Source: Hypanus sabinus
Taxonomy: Eukaryota
DNA: 64,000 nucleotides
Assembly (NCBI RefSeq): GCF_030144855.1
Contig: NC_082712.1
Coordinates: forward strand, 12,152,001-12,216,000
Direction: 5' to 3'
Position 1 is the stretch's first letter; every line of letters starts with the position of its first letter. Position numbers and translations under genes: made by a program. Shown in pieces: positions 34,964 through 47,149 of this stretch. The notes beneath the pieces were generated by a model that worked only from the letters and a program-made list of their open reading frames with translations, had not been told where the DNA came from and ran no database searches.

Positions 34964-35935
34964 CTAGTTTAAACCTCCCCCCCCCCCAGCAGCACTGGCA
35001 AACACTCCTGCAAGAATGTTAGTACCCCTCCGGTTCAGATGTAGACCGTCCCTTCGAAACAGATCCCAATGTCCCTGGAACAAAGACCAATTATCCAAAA
35101 ACCTGAACCCTTCCTTCCTGCACCATGCTCTCAGCCTCGTATTAATGTGCATAATCATTCTATTCTTCGCCTCACTCGCACGTGGCACAGGTAGCAATCC
35201 CGAGATTGTCACCCTGGAGGTCCTGCCTTTCAGCTTCACTCCTAACTCCCTGAACTCTCTAAGCAGGACCCCCTCACTCACCTTACCTATATCGTTGGTC
35301 CCTACATGGACCACTACATCTGGGTTCATGCCCTCGTTCTCAAGAATAGCCTGCACCCGATCTGAGATGTCCCGGACCCTGGCACCAGGGAGGCAACATA
35401 CCATCCGAGACTCCAGATCTGCCCCACAAAATCTCCTATCTGTCCCCCTAACTATAGAATCCCCTAAAACTATCGCTCTCTTCTCTTCCCTCCTCCCCTT
35501 TCTAGTTGAGGGTTCAACCTCTGTGCCAGAGGCAGGACCACTACAACTCATTCCTGGTAGGTCATCCCCATCAACAGTATCCAGTACGGTATACTTATTG
35601 TTAGTGGGAATGGCCGCATGGGTGCTCTGCTCTCTCTGCCTGCTCCCCCTGCCTCTCTGGACCGTCACCCATCTGCCTACTTCTTGGTTTTTTGGTGTGA
35701 CTACCTCCTGATAACTCCTATCTATCTCTGCCTCTGCCTCCCGAATGATCCGTAGTTCATCCAGCTCCCGCTCCAACTCCCTAACTCGGGCTGATAGGAG
35801 CTGCAGCTGGACGCACCTCTTGCAGGTGTGGTCATCAGGGACAACTGTGTTGACCCTGACTTCCCACATACTGCATTCGGAGCACACCACTCCCCCATAC
35901 CTGAACTGGATTAATAGAATAAGTCTAAAAAGCAC
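34964..35935 (-). CDS. CR1 ORF1: Cys-rich zinc-finger/coiled coil plus SGNH/GDSL esterase domain
   Basis: Uninterrupted 323 aa: CSEC..CKRC, RVRELERELDEL, IVLGDSIVRG, CLPGA, VHVGTND, DGLHLN. Confidence 0.92.
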   Translation of the reverse strand: MLFRLILLIQFRYGGVVCSECSMWEVRVNTVVPDDHTCKRCVQLQLLSARVRELERELDELRIIREAEAEIDRSYQEVVTPKNQEVGRWVTVQRGRGSRQREQSTHAAIPTNNKYTVLDTVDGDDLPGMSCSGPASGTEVEPSTRKGRREEKRAIVLGDSIVRGTDRRFCGADLESRMVCCLPGARVRDISDRVQAILENEGMNPDVVVHVGTNDIGKVSEGVLLREFRELGVKLKGRTSRVTISGLLPVPRASEAKNRMIMHINTRLRAWCRKEGFRFLDNWSLFQGHWDLFRRDGLHLNRRGTNILAGVFASAAGGGGGLN

Positions 35936-36075
35936 CTAGCGACCTTACCTTCTTCCCCTCAGCGAACAATCACACAGGCTTACCGAAGTCCCCTTACGCC
36001 GAAGCCCACTTAGCCAAAGCCCAAGACTCTGCTTCCACAGACTCCGCTGCCCGCTCTGAAAAGATGTCCTGCCTT

Positions 36076-36930
36076 TTAAAGTGCGCGCTCGACGCACAAC
36101 GCACATATTCCCACAATATGAGGGAAGTTGAAATCACCCATAACTACAACCCTGTATTTCCTGCACCATTCTGAAATCTGCCTGCTTATCTGCTCCTCAT
36201 TGTCCCAAAGGCCATTTGGGGGCCTATAGACTACTCCCAGCACAGTGATTGATCCCTTCCTATTTCTGATTTCCACCCACACCGACTCAATGGACACTCC
36301 CTCTGCAGCGTCCTCCCCTCTATAGCCGTGATACTGTCCCTGACCAGTAATGCGACCCACCCCCCCCCCCCCCACTTTCTACCTGCCGTCCTGTTCCTTT
36401 TAAAACACCTAAACCCTGGTACCTGCATCAGCCAATCCTGCCCTTCCTCCAGCCAAGTTTCAGTAACGGCCACAACATCGTAGTTCCATGTACTGATCCA
36501 TGCTCGAAGTTCATCCCCTTTATTCCTAATACTCCTAGTATTGAAATAGACACATCTCAACCCCTCTAACTGGCTACATTTATGTTTTGTCCCCTGCCTG
36601 TCCTTCCTCACCAACTCAGAACACATAGCATCATGCCCTTGTACTTCTACCCTAATCTCTGCACTCACATTCTGATTCCCACTCCCTGCCAAACTAGTTT
36701 AAACCCTCCCCAATAGCTCCAGCAAACCTGCCCGCCAGGATATTGGTCCCTTTCCAGTTCAGGTGCAGCCCATCCTTTTTGTACAGGTCAGACCTTCCCC
36801 AGAAGAGATCCCAATGATCCAGAAATCAGAACCCCTGCCCCCTGCACCAACTCTTCAGCCACGCATTCATCTGCCATAACTTCCTGTTCCTACCCTCTCT
36901 GTCTCGTGGCACAGGCAGCAGTCCCGAGAT
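36076..36930 (-). mobile_element. Older CR1 fragment (ORF1 end and APE)
   Basis: VVISGLLPVP..WCRGQGF; CVYFNTRSIRNK..VTETW; VYRPP..VMGDFNFP. Confidence 0.85.
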
Positions 36931-37344
36931 TACCACCCTTGACGTTCTGTATCTGTATACAGTCAGATGGCAATAAACTTGACCTTGATTGCCGCTTTTC
37001 TGATGCAACGCTCTGTGCCTGTGTTGCTACGGCAACTGGATTTTCACTGCACCTGTGCAGACACGTAGGCAGACGTGCAATGAAAATCGTCCCTGCAGCA
37101 GCAAGTAAGTTCAGTTCCACTCCGCTCATTACAGGAAGGATGAGGAAGCTTTCGAGAGGATGTAAAGGAGATCTACCAGGATGCTGCCTGGACCAGAGAG
37201 GATGTTTAATGAGGAAAGGTTGAGCGAGCTGGAGACTTTCTCTTGGGAGTGAAGAAAGATGAGAGGCGACTTGATAGAGGTGAACAAGATGATAAGAGGC
37301 ATAATCGAGCAGACAGCCAGAGACTTTTCCTGGAAAGTATTGGG

Positions 37345-38154
37345 GGGATGTCAGAGGTCAGAGTTGACTTTTTAATGAGACACACAAGACACACAGGAGA
37401 CACACGATGCCAGAGGCAAGGAGGACACTGGTGAGCTTTGTGTGCTCATGACGAGGGTGGGGTTTCTGCTCACAGTGTGGACAAAGGAACGCTATCGGTG
37501 TGTTTAACCCTCGACTGGGTTGATAGCGTTTCCATGGAAACATTCCCCTTTTCTGTGGTCACAAGTTGGTGACTGTAAGTTTCGGGAGCAGGAGGACGAC
37601 GTGGAGGATCGGCATCTGCAACGGCATTTGGAAGACAAACCCACTCTCCATCTCTCTCTCCAACTCCACTCAAATCAAATTCCAGAACTGAACTGATTAC
37701 TTACCATACCACCATAAGACTGTATCATATAATCTCCTGAGCTGGGAAGCTTGGGATCCTTATTTACTTATATATATACACACATATACTCTGTGTGGTG
37801 AACTACATATACCTGTCTGGACACACCCCTCTGCTGACTGCTCCTCTGGCTCCTCCCACAGACCCCTGTATAAAGGCGATTGGAGGCACTGCTCCTCCCT
37901 CAGTCTCCAGGATGTTGTGTGGTTGTCTCTTGCTGCTAATCGTGGTCTCTTGCAGCTAATAAAAGCCTATCGTTCGCCTCCTGTCTCCGAGAGTTATTAA
38001 TGGTGCATCGCTCTGCTAACCTGTTTACCTTATTTTGTTTTGTATTACTTTATTCCCGTAATTACTAATAAAATAGAGTTTATAATGAAAGTCTCAGACT
38101 CCAGGTGTATCTGTTTCTGCTGGTTCTTTTTAACCTGTTACGGGGTACGTAATA
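37345..38154 (+). mobile_element. Probable solo LTR (related to 54371-54940) hosting a nested short solo LTR
   Basis: 3' end ..CTGCTGGTTCTTTTTAACC..GGGGTACGTAATA resembles the end of the 54371-54940 LTR. The 5' boundary and TSD are not resolved. Confidence 0.5.
37794..38010 (+). mobile_element. Solo LTR of the short-LTR Gypsy family
   Basis: Homologous to 11269-11461; 5-bp TSD CTCTG at 37789-37793 and 38011-38015. Confidence 0.92.
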
Positions 38155-38727
38155 CGGGTAAAACAATATTGTTATGGAAACAGCAATGGAGAATCCTTCG
38201 ACATCTGAGTGTGACGGTATTCCTGAGTCCCACTCGGGAATTGTATGACTGACAGCAGTGAAAACCGAGAGGAAGCTACTGACACGATGAAGGAAGCCCT
38301 GAATGCTGTCAGAGATGGAGGCCCTTCATTGCTGACTGAAATGGCAGCAGCGTCACGGACCGGGGAGAGAGGGGGAGGGAGAGAGGGAGACAAAAAGAGT
38401 AAGTGTGTGTGCGTGAGAGAGAGGGAGGTAGAGAGACACGGAGACTCTCAGACAGGTACATGGATGTTATAGAAGTGGAGGGCTATGTGGGAGGCAAGGG
38501 TTAGATTGATCTTGGAGCAGGTTTAAGGGTCAGCACAACATTGTGGGCTAAAGGGTCTGTATGGTGCTGTTGTTCTATGTGCTAGTGCACATGACAATCA
38601 CATCTATTTGACATGATTATCCTGCAAAATGTACTTGCAAATTATGAATAAAATAAGTTTTCAGGGAGATAAAATGTGAAATGATTAGTGTAGATTTACA
38701 ACTCAATGCTTAAACATCGATCCTCAC

Positions 38728-39111
38728 CTCCCACAGACAGATTTGTTAGAAGCACCGTTCGAAACTTGCCAACATTGAGCTCCACCCGGCACCAATACCG
38801 ACCACCGTCACTCCGGTTCAGTCGCTCCACCATTATCGAGGCATCTCTCCGACTGAGGTTCCCCACGAATCCGAACCGCCCTCCTCCAGCCTCCTGTGTC
38901 GTTGTATCGCACCAGGAGCGGCCAGAACCGGGATATGTGCAGTTAAACACCAGTTTTTTAGCACCTGGTTCCCCTCTGTACCAGATCACGGAGCCGTTCA
39001 GTGCGACACCAGGAGGTGGGTGGGTGAAAGTACACGGTAACACAGCGGGAGCCCCTTCCTCCGCAGAGACCACATCAGCGCCGGACATTGACCAACCATA
39101 TATCGAATCGT
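38728..39111 (-). CDS. SIGLEC15-like: Ig V-set exon 1, Siglec-15-like, sialic-acid-binding Arg retained
   Basis: Acceptor tctctgcag|, donor G|gtgagg; 384 nt, phase 1-1; WSM..VSAEEGAPAVLPCTFTHP..WYRGEP..VFNC..WC..GRFGFVGN..VERL..YWCRVE matches human Siglec-15 as recalled from memory (WSM..VSAEAGDAAVLPCTFTHP..WRAGEP..VFRC..LC..GRFRLLGN..VERL..YFCRVE), including the extra Cys pair. Confidence 0.93.
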
Positions 39112-39115
39112 CTGC

Positions 39116-39330
39116 AGAGAGAGAGATAGTGAGAGTGTATGTGAGTGAGTGAGTGAGTGAGTGAGTGAGTGAATGAGAGAGAGAGAGAGAGTGTGTGTGA
39201 GAGAGAGAGGGAGTAATTGAGAGACAGTGGATGAGAGAGAGAGGGAGTAATTGAGAGACAGTGGATGAAAGAGAGAGGGAGTGAGTGAGAGAGGGAGAGA
39301 GAGTGTGTGCATGTAAGTGAGGGAGATAGA
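39116..39330. repeat. Compound (GA)n/(GAGT)n microsatellite forming the pyrimidine tract upstream of the V1 acceptor
   Basis: Seen directly. Confidence 0.9.
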
Positions 39331-40039
39331 GAGATTTGAACAACAAACAATCTGCTGAAGGAATTCAGCTGGTGTAGCTGCATCTGTGGGTGTGAAAGGA
39401 TGTTAAAGATGTTGGTTTGCATCGGGACTGATAGAGGAGTTGAGAGGGGTGAGACAGGAGTCTGAGGCGATTGAGGATTGCGAAGGGGTGAGACAGAATA
39501 CTGTGAGAGATGGACTGAGGAGGGTGAGATAAGAGTCTGAGGTGATTGAGGATTGAGGTGGGGTACAAGGTTAAGGGCAGGTTGTGCTGGGTAGGGAGGG
39601 GAAGGGGGATGGGAGATGTGGTAGGTGGTGAAAGATGGAGAAGAGGGAAGGAAAGGAGATTCAGATGGAGAGAGGTGATTGTAATCAGTTGTTTGAGGGA
39701 GGGCCACCAAGGACTCACTCTCCAGCCTGATACTCTGAGATGAGAATGGGACCCACTGGGGGAGATGCGTCTGGCAGGTGGAATCAGGTCAAGAGTGGGG
39801 AAGGTGGGGAATGTGGGTGAAAATCTGAGAAACAGACCTGGAGTTTCACTACAGTCACGAGTGGATCTTCAGATGTCAGTGGGCCTGACGACCATCAAAC
39901 CAGGGGAGTGGGTTACAGACTGGGCCCTGACATGGGGGAGGGGAATCAGAATCAGCTTTAATATCACCGGCATCTGTCGTGAAATTTGTTGTTTTGCCAC
40001 AGCTGTACAGTGCAAAGCATAAAATGAAAACTATTATTT

Positions 40040-41280
40040 ACAATAAATATATATAAAAGTTCAATTCGATAAGCAGTGCAAAGGTTTTGCTGTTGTCCGG
40101 GTGAGCCAAGGCCACGTGAGAAGCCAGTGAGATTGCATCCACTGTGGACCTGTTGTGGTGACGGGCAAATTGCCATGGGCCCAGGCTCTTCCTGAGGCAG
40201 GAGTGGATTCCAGCCAAGACCAACCTCTCGAGACATTTCATGGCAGTAGATGTGAGTGCCACTGGGTGATGGTTGTTAAGGCAGCTCACCCTGCTCTGCC
40301 TGGGCACCGACCGGTCTGATGTCACCCTTTTGAAGCAGGTGGGGGCCTCTGACTGCAGCAGTGAGGGATTGAAGATATCCTTCATCTTTCCCAACAGTTG
40401 ATCGACACAGGCTTTCAGCGATCTTCCAGATACACCAGCAGGGCCTGACAACTACATGATCAGTAATGGATAGTCAGGACTGGGAACAGGCTGTGATCCA
40501 TAGGAGGGTCCAGACTGGGGGGTTTATATGTGCAATAATGGATACTCAGGAGTGGGCTACACGCTGCGGTTGGTGCTGTAGAGACCGGAGTGGGGGTTAC
40601 GTCAGAATCAGAATCAGATTTAATATAGAAACAATAGAATAGACAACGAGATTGCATCACTGGCATATGTCATGAAATTTGTTGTTTTGAGCAGCAGTTC
40701 AAGGCAATGTATAATAATAAAATCTATAAATTGCATATAAAATAAGGAAAAGAAATAAACAAGTTGGGCAAAAAGAGTGAAAAAAATACTGAGGAAGAGC
40801 TCATGGATTCATTGACCATTCAGAAATCTGATGGTGGAGGGGAAGAAGCTGTTCCTGAGTCGGTGAGTGTGTGTCTTCAGGCTCCTGTACTCTGGCAAAT
40901 TTCTACAGATATACCTGCTGAGTGTTCTAACTGGCGGAGGGGAAGAAACTGATCCTGAATCGGTGAGTGTGTGTCTTCAAGCTCCTGTTCCTCCTCCCTG
41001 ATGGTGGCAATGAGAAGAGGGCATGTCCTGGGTGCTGGGTCCGTAATGATGGATGCCGCCTTTTTGAGGCGTTGCATTTTGAAGGTGTCCTGGGTGCTGG
41101 GGACACCAGTGCTCACGATGGAGCTGACTGAGTTTGTAAGTTTCTGCTGGTCTTTCTGATCCTGAGCAGTGGCCCCACCAGACCAGACGGTGATGCAGCC
41201 AGTTAGAACGCTCCCCAGGTATCTCTGTAGAAATTTGCCAGTGTCCCTGGTGACAAACCAGTTCACCTCAGATTCTTATT
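40040..41280 (-). mobile_element. L2/Rex-like LINE fragments
   Basis: PVALTSTAMKCLERLV..QFA..RSTVDAI; YLGSVLTGCITVW..LKKAASII. Confidence 0.75.
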
Positions 41281-42079
41281 GAAATATAGAGCGTTACAGG
41301 CTGGGGTCGAGTCAGGGTTTCGGGGGTTTGTCATTGTCGTCTGTTCCCTGGGGCCGATGGCTTTTACAATCCTGCCACTTCATTTTCAGGTGGGGAAGTG
41401 ATTGGAGAATCGGGGGCACCAGTTACGGAGAGGAGAGCTCTTGGAATTAACTCGGAGTGACGGAACAGTTGCAGCATTCAGGAGGACATTCAGCCCATTG
41501 AGTTCATACTGGCCCTGTGTAATAACAACCCAGCCAGTCCCTCTCCCCTCACCATCAGATTCTGGCATCTTTCACCTTCCTTTCCAGTCCTGGTGAAGGG
41601 CCCCAGGCCAAAATATTGACTGTTATTCCCCTCCATAGAAGCTGCCTGAGCTGCTGAGATCCTCCAGCATTTTGTGTGTTACTCACGTTGTGGTAGATCG
41701 TGATGTCAGAAGTTCATTTTTATTACCTGATAATGGGAAACAGAATGGCTCCGTGAACCTCAGGCACCTGGTGAGCCAGGGAGGGAACAACCGGGATTTC
41801 TCAGTAGCAGATGATCATAGATTTACTGTATTTAACACGAGAACATAGAACACAGAGCAGTAGAGCACAGTCACAGGCCCTACGGCCCACAATGTTGTGC
41901 TAAACCAATTAAATTAGTGACCAACTAAACTAAACCCTCTGCCTGCACAACATCCGTTTCAATATCCAAAGTCTGTTCATGTGCTGATCTAAATGTCTCT
42001 TAAAAGCGCCTCATGTATCTGCCTGTAACACCTCCCCAGGCAGAGCATTCCAGTCACCCGGCACTGTCTGTGTGAAACA

Positions 42080-44870
42080 TTTACCCCTCAGATCCCCTCT
42101 AAACCCCTTTCACCTTCAACGCAGGCCTTTGGTATTAGACATTTCAACCCTGGGAGGAAGATACTCTCTGTCTGCTCTCTCTGTGCCTCTCATAATCTTA
42201 CAAACTCTATCAAATCTCCCCTCAGACTCTGTCGCTCCAGAGAAAACAACCCAAGTTTATCGAACTTCTCATTACAGTAAACGCCCTCTAAACCAGGCAT
42301 CATCCTGGTGAACCTCATCTGTACCCTCTCCAAAGCCTCAACATGCCTCCTACAGTGGGTGACCAGAACTGTACACAATACTCCAGATGTGGCCTAGCTA
42401 GAGTTTTATAAAGTTGTAACATAACTTATTGACTTTTGCCTGGGTGGAGGAGGGGAAAGGACACCGAGAATAAGAATCAAGAGGTTATGGTCATTGAGGG
42501 GGATCTCATTGCAACCTATTGAATATTGATAGGCCAAGATGGAGTGGATATGGAGAGGATTGTTCCTGTAGTCGGTTTGAATATTGATAGGCCAAGAGAG
42601 AGTGGATGTGGAGGAGATTGTTCTTATAGCCGGTTCGAATATTGATAGACCGAGTTAGAGTGGATGTGAAGAGCATCTTTCCTATAGTCATTTGGTGGAA
42701 GAACATCTGAGATTCCATCGGCGGGGGGGGGGGGGGGCTCCATCCTGACAGCATCAGCATCGATTTCTCCAAGTTCCAGTAATTACTCCTCCCTTCTCTC
42801 TTCTCTCTGATATCATTCCCATTCTGGTTACTCTCTTGTCACTCCTCTTCTCCTCACCTGCCTATCACCTCCGTTCCCCTCCTTCTATCTCACCTGGTCT
42901 CACCTCTCACCACCATCTTGTACTCCTCCCACTCCCCTCACCTTTGTATATTGTCTTAGAACACAGAACATAGAAATTTACAGAGCATTACAGGCTCTTC
43001 ATACCACAATGTTGTACCGACCATTGAAACCTACTCTAGACAATGCCTGGAATTTCCCTAGCGCATAGTCCTCTATTATTCTAAGCTCCATGTACCTACC
43101 TAAGAGGCTCTTAAAAGACCCTGTTGTACACTTTCATCAACACCTCCGACAGTGCATTCCACGCACTCACCACTCTCTGTGTGAAAAACTTACTCCTGAC
43201 ATCACCTCGGTACCTATTTCCAAGCACCTTCAAACTATATCCCCTTGTTTTAGCCATTTCAGCCCTGGGCAAAAGCCTCTGGGTATCTACAAGTTCAAAG
43301 CCCCTCGTCATCTTATACACCTCTATCAGGTCACTTCTCATCCTCGGTCACTCCAAGGAGAAAAGGCCAAGTTCACTCAACGTATTCTCATAAGGTACAC
43401 CCTCCAATCCAGGCACCATCCTGGTAAATCTCCTCTGCCCACTCTCTATACTATCCACATTCTTCCTGTAGTGAAGTGACCAGAACTAAGCACAGTACTC
43501 CAAGTAGGGTCTGACCAGGGTCTTATAACGCTGTAACATTACCTCATGGCTCTTGAACTCAATCCCACATCTGATAAATGCCAACACACCATATACCTTC
43601 TTAACAACACTATCAACCTGCACAGCAGCTTTGAGTGTCCAATGAACTCGGACCCAATGATCTCTTTGATCCTCCACACTGCCAAGAATTACCATTAATA
43701 GTATATTCTGCCATCATATTTGACCTACCAAAATGAACCACTTCCCACTTATCCAGGTTGAAGTCTTTATGCCTCTTCTCAGCCCAGTTCTGCATCCTAT
43801 CAATTTCCCACTGTAGCCTCTGAAAGCACTTCACACTATCCACAACACCTCCAACCTTTGTGTCATCAGCAAACTTTCTAACCCATCCTTCTACTTCTTC
43901 ATACAGGTCACTTAAAAATTACAACGAGGACGGGAGCCAGTACAGATCCTGGCGGAACTCCACAGTCCACCGACCTCCATGCAGAACATGGACCATCTAC
44001 GTCACCCTTTGCCTCCTGTGGTCAAGCCATTTCTGGATCCACAAATCAAGGAAAAAAACACCCAGTAGAGTTATTGCCCCTTTCTGTTTGTGACCTCCAC
44101 CCACACTAACTCCGTAGACCATCCCTCCATGACTTCCTCCTTTTCTGCAGCCATGACACTATCCCTAATTAGCAATGTCATGCCCCCACCTCTTTTGCCT
44201 CCCTCTCTGTTCTTTTGGAAACATCCAAAGCCTGGCATACTCAGCAGCCATTCCTATTCCTGAGGCATCCAAGTCTCTGTAAGGGCCACAACGTCAATAT
44301 ATTGATCCAAACTCTAAGTTAATCGGCATTGTTTATGATACTCATTGCATGAAAATAGACACATCTCAAACCAAAAGGCTGAGTGCATCTTTGCTCTAAC
44401 ATCTGCCCATCCCTCCTCACAAACTCACTACTGTCTCTACTTGTGCTCCAACCTCCCCATCCTCTGCCGCTTCACTTCGGTTCCCAACCCCCTGCAATTC
44501 TAGTTGAAACCCTCCCCAAAAGCTTTAAGAAACTTCCCCACCAGGATATTGGTCCCCCTCAGATTCAAGTGCAACCCGTGCTCTTTGTACACGTCATGCC
44601 TGCCCCAGAACAGGTCCCAAAGATCCAAAAATCCTTCAGCCACACATCGATCCTCCATCTCATTCTATTCCTAAACTCACTGTCGTGTGGCACAGGCAGC
44701 AATCCCGAGATTACTATCTTTGAGGTCCTGCTTCCCAGCTCCCTTCCGATCTCCCTGTATTCTGTCTTTAGGACCTCCACCCTTTTTCTGTCTTTGTCGT
44801 TGGTACCAATATGTACCACGACCTCTGGCTGCTCACCCTCCCATTTCAGGATATTGTGGACTGCCCCCGT
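42080..44870 (-). mobile_element. Cluster of CR1 fragments (3' ends, RT C-terminus, APE/ORF1 remnants) with a Penelope fragment near 42680-42950
   Basis: LERVQMRFTRM, YKTLVRPYLEYC and VHIGTND motifs. Confidence 0.8.
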
Positions 44871-47149
44871 CCTTTCCAGCCCAAATCGATGACTGTATAT
44901 TCCTCTCAGTAGTTGATGCCTGATCTGCTGAATTCCTCCAGCATTTCCTGTGTGTTACTCCACAGGGCACAGCTTCAGCTTAGAGGGACGTACCTTTAGA
45001 ATGGAGATGAGGAGGGATGTCTTTAGCCAGAAGGGGTTGAATCTGTGGAATTTATTGCCACAGAAGTTTGTGGAGGCTGTCATTGGGTGTATTTAATGCA
45101 GAGGTTAATAGGTTTTTGACTTCTAAAGGCATCAAAGGTTACATGCAGAAGGCAGGAGAATGGAGTGAAGAGGGATAATAAATCCTTCTAAAATTTCGAG
45201 TTGCTACAGTAATAGTGGATAGTGTTACGCTGTTACAGAGCCAGCGACTTGGATGGAACTTGATGAAAGGTCTTGGCCCAAACCTCAACAGTTTATTCCC
45301 CTCCATAGATTCTGCCTGACCTGCTGTTTCTCCAGCATTTTATGTGGCTCTGGATTTCCAGCATCTGTCAAATCTTTTCTGTTTGTGCTTTTGCATGGAG
45401 CCAGCCTGAGGTCAATGGGCAGAATGGCCTTTTAAAAGGGCTACAACCAGCGCTCAATGCCATCAAGCAGTAAAACCTCTCGTTTCAATGCATTTCAGTG
45501 GAATCTGTGACAGTTTTGCAAACATCAATGTTTAGCTTCCCCAGATCTAACCGCACGCCTGGAGATCTTGCATCCTTTACAGACAGGGTAAATGCAAGCA
45601 GGCTTTTTCCACTGAGGATGGGTGGGACTACAAACAGAGGTCACGGGTAGAGGGTGAAAGGTGAAAATTTTAAGAGGAACTCAGAGGGTGGTGAGACTGG
45701 AATGAGCTGACAGTATAAGTGGTGCATAGAGCTCAATTTCAACATTTAAGAGAAGTTTGGACAGGTACACTGAAAGAATATGGAGGGTTATGGTCCCGGT
45801 GCAGGTCTATGGGAGTTGGCAGATTAAATGGTTTCAGCATGGCCCAAATGGGCCAAAGGGCCTGTTTCAGTGCTGTACTTCTCTATGACTCTATAAACAA
45901 CAAGGCTTCATTGGGAGGTTGAGATGGGGATCCAACTATGACCATGTCGACCAAGACAGAGTTACTTACATTCCCAGAGCAGAACTGACTAATATGAGAG
46001 GGTCTAATATTAAGTTGACTGGCAGAAAGTATAGGGAATAAGTTTTTGACAGAGTGTGGTGGGTGTGTGGAACATCCAGGTGGTAGTAGAGGCTGAGACA
46101 TTATGGACACTTAGATAGACACATTGATAAAAGAGAAATGGAGGGTTACGTGGGAGGGAAGGGTTAGATTGATCTTGGAGCAGGATAAAAGATTGGAGCA
46201 ACATTGAGAGCTGAAGGGTCTGTACTGTGCTGGACTGTCCAGTGTTCTCTGCATCCTTTTGGTATTCAATAGATGGCCACAAGTGTGAAGCAGAACAAAA
46301 CCATTGTTACTCTGGATCCAATGCAGCACAAAAATATAATAAAGTAAAGAGCACAATAATAATAACACAATAAATATAAACACTGTACATATGATAGTTT
46401 CTATACATAGGTTGATATATAGATTGACAGATAGACTTTATGTCCATAAAGTGACTCCAGCCTCAGGAGTGTCTGTACTTCAGGTGACTGACAGGAAATG
46501 ATAAAGTTGTCATTCATATGGAACTTTATGTATATACAATCAATCCACGTATATAAGCTGTCTAATGTACTAATACTTACTGTGTTCTTTAGTATTATAA
46601 ATTATTATGTTATTCTTCTTCAACGTCAATATAACATCCCAACTCTGTACTCAATATGTCTTCACCAACATCTTGTACAACTACAACATCACACAACCCA
46701 GGACAACAGTAACCACATGAGCACCCAGTCAGTACTCCCTCCTTCCACCGCCAGCGCACAGTGGCCGCGGTGTGCGCCGTCTACAACACGCAACGCAGTT
46801 ACTCGCCCTGCTATTCCAGCAGCCTCCACCTCTCCACATCAGGGTATCGGGTGGATGTGAACACCACCACCCGCTGGCTCCCCTCCCAAGTATATTCATT
46901 TACTGAGACTCAATGCAGAATAGGCCCCCTCCGGCCTTTTGAGCCGTGATGCCTAACAACCCGAGCCTAATCACGGGACAATTCACAAAGACCAGTTAAC
47001 CCACCAACCAGTAGATTGTGGGAGAAAACCAGAGCACCTGGAGGAAACCCATGAGGTCACAGGGAGTTCAGCGTTCAATGCATATATAGATTATATAACT
47101 TTGAGATTTGTCTCCTGACAGGCAGCCACAGAACAAAGAAACCCAAAAG

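Larger units (their letters stand above)
31875..36072 (-). mobile_element. Near full-length CR1 LINE (5' UTR, ORF1, ORF2, 3' (CTATTGT)n tail)
   Basis: CpG-rich 5' UTR ~35940-36072; ORF1 34964-35935; ORF2 pieces 34620-34961, 33714-34604, 33023-33709, 31971-32909; four AATAGAC-type units at 31875-31900. Confidence 0.95.

Noticed and set aside
24900-39200. Rearranging antigen-receptor (Ig/TCR/IgNAR) V segments
   Set aside because: Each V exon already includes its G strand and ends at a GT donor. I saw no CACAGTG heptamer/nonamer RSS at either 3' end.
38696-39710. Long ORFs (211 and 216 aa) as single-exon genes
   Set aside because: Their N-terminal parts translate (CT)/(CACT) microsatellite and Penelope low-complexity sequence. 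Only 38728-39111 is a real exon.
39712-39748. 37-nt mini-exon between leader and V1, analogous to the short exon 2 of human SIGLEC15
   Set aside because: It has AG/GT boundaries, but entered from the phase-1 leader it exits in phase 2 and would frameshift V1. It also borders Penelope-derived sequence.
41340-41520. Alternative leader or exon in a unique-looking segment
   Set aside because: The ATG-initiated minus-strand frame is hydrophilic and stops early. The plus-strand frames after the AG also stop quickly.
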